DNA from: Pseudothioglobus sp. nBUS_23
GTDB taxonomy: Bacteria > Pseudomonadota > Gammaproteobacteria > PS1 > Pseudothioglobaceae
Assembly: GCF_051201565.1 (NCBI RefSeq)
Contig: NZ_CP179200.1
Span: 930,001-962,000, forward strand
DNA: 32,000 nt
Direction: 5' to 3'
Every line of letters starts with the position of its first letter. Position 1 is the stretch's first letter. A program made the translations under genes and the position numbers. The notes beneath the pieces are model-generated. The model saw only the letters and a program-made list of their open reading frames with translations, searched no databases and was not told the origin of the DNA. Positions 23,879-32,000 of the stretch are shown here, one piece after another.

Positions 23879-23955
23879 GCGCTCGTAGCTCAGCTGGATA
23901 GAGTGTCGGTCTCCGAAGCCGAATGTCGGGTGTTCGAATCACCTCGAGCGCACCA
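23879..23955 (+). tRNA. tRNA-Arg (anticodon CCG), copy 2
   Basis: 76/77 identical to copy 1; the single C-to-T change turns the C31-G39 pair into U-G, so the cloverleaf is preserved. Confidence 0.9.
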
Positions 23956-23981
23956 TTTTTTAAAATTAAGTTTAATAGACT

Positions 23982-24503
23982 ATGAATAATACAAATCTAG
24001 ATAGCAAATCGAATTTTAGCTCTATAGCTAAGTTCATGCACTGGGGTTTTGTGCTTTTGTTTATCTATGGTTTACTTAAGCAAATAGATGAACTTAATCA
24101 ATTAGAAAACAAAGCACTTCTTAAATTTGAAGTAATTTTTGCCACAGTTTTTGTGTTATTGCTTTTGATTCGATTTATTTACATGAAAACAACACAAAAA
24201 TCATCACTTCCTGATTCTACTCCAAAGTCACAAATTTTAGCTGCTAGAGTTGTTCATTACGGAATGTATGTTTGTCTTACATTAATTCCTTTGACTGGTT
24301 TATTAATTGGTTTGCTATTTTGGCTTGGATTTGAAGATGGCTTTTTAATTAACACAGTGGTGGAAGTCCATGAGTTTTCAGTCTCTGTTATCTATTGGCT
24401 TATTGGTTTGCACATTTTGGCTGCGATCTTTCACCGCTTAAAAAATGACGGAGTATGGTCTTCGATGGTGCCATTTTTAAAGGAAAAAAGCTATGAAAAA
24501 TAA
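23982..24503 (+). CDS. Cytochrome b561 family protein
   Basis: 4 TM helices with conserved His residues (FMHWGFV, VHYGMY, VHEFS, LHILAAIFH). Confidence 0.75.
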   Translation: MNNTNLDSKSNFSSIAKFMHWGFVLLFIYGLLKQIDELNQLENKALLKFEVIFATVFVLLLLIRFIYMKTTQKSSLPDSTPKSQILAARVVHYGMYVCLTLIPLTGLLIGLLFWLGFEDGFLINTVVEVHEFSVSVIYWLIGLHILAAIFHRLKNDGVWSSMVPFLKEKSYEK

Positions 24504-24532
24504 TTCAATAAGCTTTATATTGTAATCAATTT

Positions 24533-24910
24533 ATGAATCCTACCGACGTTGTTGCTGCAATTATTAAAAAGGGAGATCACTATCTCCTTGCTAAAAGGAG
24601 TAAAGAAAAATACATGGGACTTAAATGGGAGTTCCCTGGCGGCAAAGTTGAGCAAAATGAAACCTTTAAGGATGCCTTATCCAGAGAGATTCTTGAGGAG
24701 CTCAATGTCAATATAGAGATTCATAATAAAGTCGCAGAGGAGAGGTATCAGGATGAGGAAATAAATATTGTTTTACATTACTATCTTTGTACATTGATTG
24801 ATACCAATATTATTTTGTCAGAGCATGAAGCAGTTGAATGGGTCAAAAAACAAGACTTTTTAAAGTATGAATTTGTGCCTGGAGATGGCGACATTACATC
24901 ACTTATATAA
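24533..24910 (+). CDS. mutT: Nudix hydrolase, MutT-like 8-oxo-dGTP diphosphatase
   Basis: Nudix box GGKVEQNETFKDALSREILEELNV. Confidence 0.8.
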   Translation: MNPTDVVAAIIKKGDHYLLAKRSKEKYMGLKWEFPGGKVEQNETFKDALSREILEELNVNIEIHNKVAEERYQDEEINIVLHYYLCTLIDTNIILSEHEAVEWVKKQDFLKYEFVPGDGDITSLI

Positions 24911-24943
24911 TTCTTTCCCTTAAATACCTTATCATCTAAGCTT

Positions 24944-25696
24944 ATGAAATATTTATCTTATAAAAAAATAGGAAAAGGCAAGCCATTTGTTTTAGTTCAT
25001 GGCTATCTTGGAGGACAACACATGTGGCGTTTTCAAGAGGACTTAAATAGTAATTTTGAATTAATTATGCCTTCTCTGGCAGGTTATGGAGAGAGCGCTG
25101 AAATGACTGCCCCTTCAACAATTAGGGAAAATGCTGAGCAAGTATTTGATCTCCTTGATCATTTAAATATTGATACTTTTTATTTGCTTGGTCATTCTAT
25201 GGGCGGCATGATTGTTCAAGAAATGGCAGCAATGAGCACTAATAGAGTTGAAAAGTTAATCTGTCTTGGTACAGGATCCATTGGCGTATTACCAAATAGG
25301 TTTGAAACTATAGAAGAATCCAGAACTAAAATCAGAACTATAGGTATAAAAAAAACGCGTGAAAACATAGCGAAAACTTGGTTCATTGATCACCAGATAG
25401 GTGATGGATATCAGCTATGTCTGGAGGAAGCTGCCAAAGCCACAACACAGGCTGCCCTTGCTAGCCTTGATGCGTGGGACTGCTGGGATGGGAGAGAGCA
25501 GTTAAAAGATATAAAACCATCAACACTGATACTCTGGTCCAACAGAGATCGCTCTTATGATAAAAATCAGCAAGATATTCTTTATAAGGGAATTAAAAAT
25601 TCAAGACTAGAGATCATTGAGGGTTGCGCTCATAATGCTCATATGGAAAAACCTCAACTAGTCAATAATGCTATTAGAAAGTTTCTTTTGGAGTAA
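24944..25696 (+). CDS. Alpha/beta-fold hydrolase
   Basis: HGYLGG oxyanion region, nucleophile elbow GHSMGG, C-terminal CAHNAHME. Confidence 0.8.
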   Translation: MKYLSYKKIGKGKPFVLVHGYLGGQHMWRFQEDLNSNFELIMPSLAGYGESAEMTAPSTIRENAEQVFDLLDHLNIDTFYLLGHSMGGMIVQEMAAMSTNRVEKLICLGTGSIGVLPNRFETIEESRTKIRTIGIKKTRENIAKTWFIDHQIGDGYQLCLEEAAKATTQAALASLDAWDCWDGREQLKDIKPSTLILWSNRDRSYDKNQQDILYKGIKNSRLEIIEGCAHNAHMEKPQLVNNAIRKFLLE

Positions 25697-25752
25697 TTTC
25701 CTGAGATAAGTTCCATTTTGAATTACATTCGATTTTTAATGTACAAATAGTG

Positions 25753-25782
25753 TTGAAACATATATATTAATTGATGTATACT
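25753..25782 (+). promoter_or_regulatory. Candidate promoter of betaine ABC transporter operon
   Basis: TTGAAA-18 nt-TATACT about 70 nt upstream of the proX-like start. Confidence 0.3.
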
Positions 25783-25851
25783 CGATGTCTTCAATCTGCA
25801 AAATTTTATGATGCTCAGGTTGAAAAATTACGTTTATCAAAGGAGAAAATA

Positions 25852-26814
25852 ATGAAAATAATGAAAAAAACAGCTATTGCAGCTGTTGTTGCTCTTTCTG
25901 CCTCAATGACAACCTATGCTGAAAAAGTTAATATTGGTGATCCGGGTTGGACAGGTGCAACAGCAATTGCAAATCTACTTTCTGCTGTTATTACTGACAA
26001 AATGGGTGGTGAGGTTGACCTAGTCCCTGGTAACAATACCGCCATCTATGGAGCAATTGACAGAAGTAAAGGTGAGATTGAAGTCCATCCAGATATTTGG
26101 CTTCCCAATCAACAAGCCTATACAAATGATCTAGTTCCTAAAGGAACTTTAAAGCTCAGTGACAAGAGCTATGAGGGTAACCAAGGTTACTGCGTTTCTC
26201 AAGCTTTTGCTAACGAAATGAATATTACATCAATTTTTGATCTTGGACGTCCTGAAGTAGTGGCCGCTATGGATAGTGATGGTAACGGAAAAGGTGAATT
26301 TTGGATTGGTGCAGATGGATGGGCATCAGCAAATGTAAATGAAGTAAAGGTTAGAGACTATAAGTTGTTAGATGCGGGTATTGAGCCAATTAGAGCTGCT
26401 GAAGCTGTGAAGAATGCTCGTGTACTTGACTCTATCAAAAAAGGTGAAGGTTATGCGTTCTATTGCTATAAGCCACACGCAATTTGGGGTATGGCTGATG
26501 TTGTAATGCTAACTGAACCAACTCATGACCCAGCTGCATATAAGATGATTCAACCTTCAGAAGACGCTGACTGGTACGAGAAATCTTATGTTGCATCTAA
26601 AGACGCATTAAAGAATATTCAGATTGGATGGGGCACTTCACTTGAGGGCAAGTCACCAGCAATTGTTGAATTCTTTAACAATTTTCAGTTGACGTCAGAC
26701 GACGTATCTTGGTTAGCTTATGAAGTATCAGTTAATCAAAGAGATCCTGCTGAAGTAGCTAGAGACTGGATGTCTCAGAATGAAGAAACAGTTGATGGCT
26801 GGTTAGGACTATAA
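25852..26814 (+). CDS. proX: Glycine betaine/choline-type ABC transporter substrate-binding protein (OpuAC/ProX-like)
   Basis: AAGGAG Shine-Dalgarno then MKIMKKTAIAAVVALSASMTTYA signal; GDPGWTGATAIANLL, W-rich binding site; adjacent proV/proW. Confidence 0.75.
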   Translation: MKIMKKTAIAAVVALSASMTTYAEKVNIGDPGWTGATAIANLLSAVITDKMGGEVDLVPGNNTAIYGAIDRSKGEIEVHPDIWLPNQQAYTNDLVPKGTLKLSDKSYEGNQGYCVSQAFANEMNITSIFDLGRPEVVAAMDSDGNGKGEFWIGADGWASANVNEVKVRDYKLLDAGIEPIRAAEAVKNARVLDSIKKGEGYAFYCYKPHAIWGMADVVMLTEPTHDPAAYKMIQPSEDADWYEKSYVASKDALKNIQIGWGTSLEGKSPAIVEFFNNFQLTSDDVSWLAYEVSVNQRDPAEVARDWMSQNEETVDGWLGL

Positions 26815-26823
26815 TCTAACTAG

Positions 26824-26856
26824 TACAACCTAGAACCGGCGTTTTTTTAGGCGCCG
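26824..26856 (+). terminator. Rho-independent terminator or attenuator after proX
   Basis: aaccggcg / cgccggtt 8-bp GC-rich stem followed by a T-tract. Confidence 0.75.
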
Positions 26857-26882
26857 GTTTTTTTTCAAATAATTAAATTACC

Positions 26883-27947
26883 ATGTCTACAGAAAATTCA
26901 GGTAGCTCTATACAGATTCAAAACGTTTCAAAGATCTTTGGAAATACCTCTAAAGAAGCACTAGATGCTATTAAAAACAAGCTTGTGACAAAGCAAGAAG
27001 CTTTAGAAAAATACAATTCAGTAATTGGTGTTTCTGACGTTTCATTTGACATTAATCCTGGTGAAATTTTCTGTGTTATGGGTCTTTCTGGAAGTGGAAA
27101 ATCAACCCTTGTAAGGCATATCAACAGACTCTTAGAGCCAACTATGGGAAAGATTCTCATTGATGGACAAGATGTAATGGCGCTTGAAAAACAAGACCTT
27201 CAAGATTTCAGAAACAAAAAGATAGGTATGGTTTTCCAGAACTTTGCATTGATGCCTCATAGGTCCGTGATAGATAATATCGCTATGCCACTTGAAATTA
27301 GGGGTATCAATAAAAACAATAGATACGGCAAGGCTAACGAAATATTAAATATTGTTGAGTTGCAGGGCTGGGGAAATAAGTATGCACATGAGCTATCTGG
27401 AGGAATGCAGCAGCGCGTTGGCTTGGCAAGAGCTCTTGCCGCGGATCCAGAAATCTTGTTGATGGACGAGCCCTTTAGTGCGCTTGATCCACTGATAAGA
27501 AGGCAACTCCAAAAAGAGTTCATCAAATTATCAAAACAACTAAAGAAGACAACGGTATTTATTACTCATGATTTAGATGAGGCTGTAAAGGTAGGTCACC
27601 GAATAGCCATTATGAGAGATGGCATGGTTATTCAGGTTGGAACTCCTGAAGAGATAGTTATGAACCCTGAGGATGATTATGTTGCTGACTTCGTTAAAGG
27701 CATCTCAAGGCTGGAGGTTGTTAAAGCAAAATCAATTATGAAGTCAATTGGTGAGTTCACTAATGACAACGGTGAGATTCCATCTGACGCTGTAAGGATG
27801 AATGAGAATGATGACTTAAGTAGTCTCATAGAGCATTCCGTATCTAGCAATAAGCCTATAGTCATTTGCAATAAAAAAGGTAATGAGTTGGGCGTGGTTA
27901 CCCAAAAAGACCTTCTTGTATCCATAGTTGAGGGTCAAGATGAATAA
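26883..27947 (+). CDS. proV: Glycine betaine/proline ABC transporter ATP-binding protein with C-terminal CBS region
   Basis: Walker A GLSGSGKST, signature LSGGMQQRVGLARAL, Walker B ILLMDEPFSALD. Confidence 0.9.
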   Translation: MSTENSGSSIQIQNVSKIFGNTSKEALDAIKNKLVTKQEALEKYNSVIGVSDVSFDINPGEIFCVMGLSGSGKSTLVRHINRLLEPTMGKILIDGQDVMALEKQDLQDFRNKKIGMVFQNFALMPHRSVIDNIAMPLEIRGINKNNRYGKANEILNIVELQGWGNKYAHELSGGMQQRVGLARALAADPEILLMDEPFSALDPLIRRQLQKEFIKLSKQLKKTTVFITHDLDEAVKVGHRIAIMRDGMVIQVGTPEEIVMNPEDDYVADFVKGISRLEVVKAKSIMKSIGEFTNDNGEIPSDAVRMNENDDLSSLIEHSVSSNKPIVICNKKGNELGVVTQKDLLVSIVEGQDE

Positions 27948-29436
27948 AGACAAATATATCAATTCTGATCAAATTAAAAGCTTTGTAAAGACAAGTCATG
28001 ATTACTATATCCATGAATTTGAGAAAATAAATAATAACTCTAAGTTTGTCATATCTTTTAATCTTTTTGCGTTCTTGTTTGGTTCTATCTGGTTTGGCAT
28101 TAGAAATATCTGGAACTGGGCTCTTGCATTTCTCATTATTGAAACATTTGCTATCGTTCAAATAGTTCGAGGTTTCTTTGGCAATATTAGTGCAGAGGCC
28201 TACATCAAAATAGAAAAGATCCAATCAACAATAGATTTTCGTGAAAAGCAGCTTCAAGCAGCAATTGAAAAGAACTCAGACAAAGTTGAAATGTTTAAGA
28301 GAACTATTAAGTCTCTTGAAGACTCTATTGACGGGTATTTGCAGGAAGCACAGGCTATTGAAGCCTCTGGTGTTTGGATTGCAATAAGTGGTATTGTATT
28401 GTTTCTATTGATTAGGTTTGCTCAGGGCATACTTGCTAATTCAATTTTAGAAAAACGGTTCTCTGAGTGGCTGTCTAATAAATTAATTAGTCCTGGAATG
28501 CAGTTTAAGAATTATTTATTGAGTATCTCTTTTGCCCTTATTATTATTGTTTTTTCAGCTATTCACTATAGCTTCCCCACACTCATTCAAATGTTTGCTG
28601 ACTTTCCAACACATCCCGATATCAGGCTTGCATCCATTGATGGAGTTGAAAGGACTTTTGATTATGCAGTTATCAAGGGCGATGTCCTCTTTAGTGCAAT
28701 AACTGTTGGTATTCGCTCAGTTCTTGACTCTCTAGAAATGCTCTTTGTTACAACTCCTTGGATTGTGGTAATAAGTGCAATTGTTTTGATGACAGGGCTT
28801 TCGGCTGGACCTCGAGCAGCACTTTACTCTCTATCATTTTTAGCCTATATGGGTTTTTTAGGCTTCTGGATTAAAGCTATGACCACACTGGCTCTTTTAG
28901 GTACAGCAGCAATCCTTAGCATATCCATAGGAATACCACTGGGAATCTATTGCTCTACAAGACCGAGGTTTTATGCTTTTATTAGACCTATTATGGACTT
29001 TATGCAAACAATGCCTGCGTTTGTATTTATGATTCCAGTGATTGCTTTTTTTGGAACTGGAAAGGTATCTGCAGTCATTATTACGATGATCTTTGGAGGG
29101 ACTCCAGTTGTAAGACTTACAGTACTCGGATTGAAAGGAGTTCCCGAGTCAATTAGGGAGGCTGCAATTGCTTATGGCGCCTCTAAATGGTATTTACTAA
29201 CCAAGGTTGACTTGCCTTTAGCGATGCCTACTATTCTCGCAGGAGTCAATCAAACCGTAATGCTGAGCCTTGCGATGGTCGTAGTTGCTTCACTAATTGG
29301 CGCCAAAGGTTTAGGCCAGGATGTCTTAGAAGCTCTTCAGTACGCTAATGTTGGCCAAGGAATCCTGGCTGGGATTGCAATCTTATTTTGCGCTTTAATA
29401 CTTGATAGAGTGATACAAGGAAAGAAAAAGGACTAA
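27940..29436 (+). CDS. proW: Glycine betaine/proline ABC transporter permease with ~270-aa N-terminal membrane/coiled-coil extension
   Basis: C-terminal half has the BPD-transporter EAA loop (ESIREAAIAYGASKWYLLTKVDLPLA); ATG at 27940 overlaps the proV stop. Confidence 0.85.
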   Translation: MNKDKYINSDQIKSFVKTSHDYYIHEFEKINNNSKFVISFNLFAFLFGSIWFGIRNIWNWALAFLIIETFAIVQIVRGFFGNISAEAYIKIEKIQSTIDFREKQLQAAIEKNSDKVEMFKRTIKSLEDSIDGYLQEAQAIEASGVWIAISGIVLFLLIRFAQGILANSILEKRFSEWLSNKLISPGMQFKNYLLSISFALIIIVFSAIHYSFPTLIQMFADFPTHPDIRLASIDGVERTFDYAVIKGDVLFSAITVGIRSVLDSLEMLFVTTPWIVVISAIVLMTGLSAGPRAALYSLSFLAYMGFLGFWIKAMTTLALLGTAAILSISIGIPLGIYCSTRPRFYAFIRPIMDFMQTMPAFVFMIPVIAFFGTGKVSAVIITMIFGGTPVVRLTVLGLKGVPESIREAAIAYGASKWYLLTKVDLPLAMPTILAGVNQTVMLSLAMVVVASLIGAKGLGQDVLEALQYANVGQGILAGIAILFCALILDRVIQGKKKD

Positions 29437-29445
29437 GTTAATTTC

Positions 29446-30429
29446 TTATTCAAAAGCCCATTCAAATGCAGGAATCGCGGCAGATCCTCCAGTATGAAGA
29501 AACAGAACCTTGTCAGAAGGCTTAAAGAAGTTTGACTTGATTAATCCAATCAGTCCATCGAAAGCTTTGCCAGAGTATACAGGGTCCAATAATATTCCTT
29601 CTTTGGTTGCCATCAAACTGAGCGCTTTTCTCATGCCGTCCGTAGGCTCTGCGTACCCAGGCCCAACGAAGTCATCTATGATAATAACATCCTCTTTAGA
29701 AGGGGAAGGACCCCTGACGTATTCGAGAGAATTAATAGCTAATTGAAAGACTTTCTCTTCTTGCTCTTTTTTAGTACCTTTAATGCTTACTCCAATTACC
29801 TTTATATCGCTTTTAAAAATTGTTTTACCTGCAATTAGACCAGCATGAGTTCCGCCACTTCCGGTTGCCAATATGATGTGACTAAAAGACTCTGAGTTTT
29901 GATCCTTAGTAATTTCTCGGAAGCATTCAATATAGCCAAGCTCTCCAAGATGATTGCTTCCACCTACTGGAATAAAATAAGGGTTTTCGCCACTTTGCCT
30001 TCTTTCTTCAATAATTTCATCTGCATAGTCTTCGACAACTCTATCCTTTGGGCACATAATCATCTCTGATCCAAAAACTTTATTTAAGAAGACATTTCCA
30101 GAGTTGTTATAAATTTCTGGAGCGCCTTTTAGCCTGTGTTCAAGGATTATAAGACACCTGAGACCTAGCTTTGCGCATGCAGCCGCTGTTTGTCTAGCAT
30201 GGTTTGACTGAATTGCTCCAACGGTCACAACAAGATCAGCATTCTTATCAAGAGCATCAGCAAGGATAAATTCAAGTTTTCTTGTCTTATTGCCACCAGT
30301 TGCCAGGCCAGTACAGTCATCTCTTTTGATATATATCTGAGGCCCGCCTAGAAAGGCAGAAATACTCTTTAAATGCTCAATGGGAGTGGGGAAGTGCCCT
30401 AGGCTTAGTCTTTGAAAATTTTCAATCAT
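29446..30429 (-). CDS. dcyD: D-cysteine desulfhydrase / ACC deaminase family PLP enzyme
   Basis: GGNKTRKLEFILADAL PLP-lysine motif, GAIQSNHARQTAAA, TGSGGTHAGL. Confidence 0.85.
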   Translation of the reverse strand: MIENFQRLSLGHFPTPIEHLKSISAFLGGPQIYIKRDDCTGLATGGNKTRKLEFILADALDKNADLVVTVGAIQSNHARQTAAACAKLGLRCLIILEHRLKGAPEIYNNSGNVFLNKVFGSEMIMCPKDRVVEDYADEIIEERRQSGENPYFIPVGGSNHLGELGYIECFREITKDQNSESFSHIILATGSGGTHAGLIAGKTIFKSDIKVIGVSIKGTKKEQEEKVFQLAINSLEYVRGPSPSKEDVIIIDDFVGPGYAEPTDGMRKALSLMATKEGILLDPVYSGKAFDGLIGLIKSNFFKPSDKVLFLHTGGSAAIPAFEWAFE

Positions 30430-30491
30430 ATTAAGAGATTCTTTGGAATAACTATTTTTTAAATTGATTTTATAGTTAAACTTTTTAATAA

Positions 30492-30968
30492 ATGAAAAAT
30501 ATTATAAAAAGTGCCGTTTTCTCACCCTGTCGGAAATACAGATATTCTCTATCAAGAACATGGAATATCAATCAAAAAATAATTTTATTTATTGGTTTAA
30601 ATCCTTCAACGGCAGATGAGACACATGACGACCCAACAATTAGAAGATGCCTCTTCTACTCATCTAGGTGGGGATTTGGGGGTTTGATCATGGTCAATTT
30701 ATTTGCTTTTAGGGCAACTCTGCCAAAAGATTTAAAAAATTCAAAGCATCCAGTAGGCAGGGACAATAATCAGTTTATTGTTGATGCTCACAAAGAAGCC
30801 TCAATGACTATAGCAGCATGGGGTAATGATGGAGGTCTTTACAATAGGGATCAAGAGGTGCTAGAAATAATTTCTAATCCAATGTGCCTTAAAGTTAATA
30901 AAACCGGGAAACCAGCACATTCGCTCTATCAAAAAAAAGACATCAAACCAAAACCTTATAGTATTTGA
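30492..30968 (+). CDS. DUF1643 domain protein
   Basis: RYSLSRTW...LFIGLNPSTADETHDDPTIRRC...VNLFA pattern typical of DUF1643. Confidence 0.7.
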   Translation: MKNIIKSAVFSPCRKYRYSLSRTWNINQKIILFIGLNPSTADETHDDPTIRRCLFYSSRWGFGGLIMVNLFAFRATLPKDLKNSKHPVGRDNNQFIVDAHKEASMTIAAWGNDGGLYNRDQEVLEIISNPMCLKVNKTGKPAHSLYQKKDIKPKPYSI

Positions 30969-31081
30969 TTAATTATCTATATCTATAGAGTTAGGCACAT
31001 TAATTTATTAATAATGCATATAATTTATTAATCCTTAAACAACTGATTTATCAACTTAAAATTAGTGTCAATCTTTAATCT

Positions 31082-31870
31082 ATGAAATACATTGTTATTG
31101 ACCCAGTAATAGCTGACTTAGGTTTTGTTAAAGTGTATTGGTATGGAGTGATGTATCTTTTAGCTTTTCTCTCGGCATACTTGCTTGCAAGATATCGAAT
31201 TAAGTCAGAATCTTTATGGAATATCAAGCATGTCGATGACCTTATTTTTTATGGCGCCTTAGGAGCAGTTCTGGGAGGCAGGTTTGGGTATTTACTGTTT
31301 TATAACTGGTCAATCTTTATATCCAATCCATTCACTTTTTTCAATTTTCAGAATGGTGGAATGTCATTTCATGGAGGATTTCTAGGTGTTTTAATAGCCA
31401 TGATGGCTTTTAATAAGAAGCATCAGTTTAGTTTCTTTCAGACTACAGATTTTATAGCTCCTCTGATTCCTCTAGGTCTAGGGTTTGGAAGGATAGGTAA
31501 TTATATTAATGGTGAGCTCTGGGGAAGGGTTACTGAGAGTTCGTGGGGCGTATTCGCGCCCGATCAGAGTGGGTTTTGGGAAAAACGCTTCCCAACTCAG
31601 CTGTATGAGGCTTTCTTGGAGGGTTTGGTATTATTTTTTATATTATGGATCTTTAGCAATAGAAAGCGACCACTCATGGCAATATCCTCGTTATTCCTAA
31701 TTTTTTATGGCGCTTTTAGATTTATAATTGAATTTGTCAGGGCTCCGGACTCTCATATTGGATACCTTGCATTTGATTGGCTCACTATGGGACAGCTGCT
31801 GAGTCTTCCAATGGTTATCGTTGGAATTTATTTTTTATTTAAATCTTATCGATTAGAAGGAAAAACATGA
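31082..31870 (+). CDS. lgt: Prolipoprotein diacylglyceryl transferase
   Basis: [26 protein letters not shown], multiple TM helices; lgt-thyA synteny. Confidence 0.95.
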   Translation: MKYIVIDPVIADLGFVKVYWYGVMYLLAFLSAYLLARYRIKSESLWNIKHVDDLIFYGALGAVLGGRFGYLLFYNWSIFISNPFTFFNFQNGGMSFHGGFLGVLIAMMAFNKKHQFSFFQTTDFIAPLIPLGLGFGRIGNYINGELWGRVTESSWGVFAPDQSGFWEKRFPTQLYEAFLEGLVLFFILWIFSNRKRPLMAISSLFLIFYGAFRFIIEFVRAPDSHIGYLAFDWLTMGQLLSLPMVIVGIYFLFKSYRLEGKT

Positions 31871-32000
31871 GGCAATATCTAGATTTTTTAAAGCTTGTTA
31901 AAGATAACGGGTCAGAAAAAACGGACAGAACTGGCACTGGCACCAAAAGTATTTTTGGTCACCAAATGCGCTTTAAGCTTTCAGAAGGTTTTCCAATCGT
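31867..32000 (+). CDS. thyA: Thymidylate synthase, N-terminal part (3' end outside window)
   Basis: [36 protein letters not shown] closely matches the ThyA N-terminus; ATGA overlap with lgt. Confidence 0.9.
   Translation, partial: MRQYLDFLKLVKDNGSEKTDRTGTGTKSIFGHQMRFKLSEGFPI

Noticed and set aside
31001-31032. Direct 12-mer repeat taatttattaat x2 upstream of lgt
   Set aside because: It is low-complexity AT-rich intergenic sequence. It could be promoter UP-element-like DNA, but it cannot be distinguished from composition bias.
26918-31700. ORFs 26918..27160(-), 27257..27526(-), 27677..27925(-), 27898..28224(-), 29510..29746(+), 31509..31700(+)
   Set aside because: They are embedded in proV, proW, dcyD and lgt, which all carry clear family signatures.
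1-32000. CRISPR arrays, rRNA genes, restriction-modification genes or recognisable toxin domains
   Set aside because: Scanning by eye found no regularly spaced direct repeats, no rRNA-like sequence and no methyltransferase, nuclease, Rhs, PAAR or HNH motifs apart from the secreted SNase-like gene.

Overview
AT-rich proteobacterial chromosome segment, with almost all genes on the + strand. Left flank (1-9.6 kb) is housekeeping: pheA (partial)-hisC-tyrA-aroA, lepB, a convergent S41 C-terminal processing protease, then a secreted nuclease, envelope proteins and a cytochrome c/DUF4396 cluster. Right flank (24-32 kb) is also housekeeping: cytochrome b561, MutT-type Nudix, an alpha/beta hydrolase, a proXVW-like betaine ABC transporter, dcyD-like PLP enzyme (- strand), DUF1643, lgt and the start of thyA. 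Between them lies a ~14 kb accessory island (about 9.8-23.8 kb). It sits between two near-identical tRNA-Arg(CCG) genes and is bounded by a perfect 26-bp direct repeat made of two tandem 11-mers. The island opens with a tyrosine integrase and is entirely co-directional. It holds four parts: (i) an integrase-proximal module of four unrecognisable genes (a 2-TM protein, a translationally coupled pair, DUF1810); (ii) a very dense array of 17 small ORFs (13.8-19.1 kb) encoding signal-peptide, lipoprotein, Sel1-repeat and small 1-2 TM proteins in several paralog families; (iii) a P-loop (SF3-helicase-like) gene followed by an iteron/AT-rich/inverted-iteron region resembling a satellite or plasmid-type origin; (iv) more secreted, Sel1 and membrane proteins. 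I see no phage structural, conjugation, transposase, toxin, CRISPR or restriction genes. The best candidates for an undescribed system are the small-protein array (possibly an acquired immunity or envelope-modifying gene bank on a replicative integrative element) and the integrase-proximal module. All functional calls rest on motifs I recognise by eye; no database search was possible.
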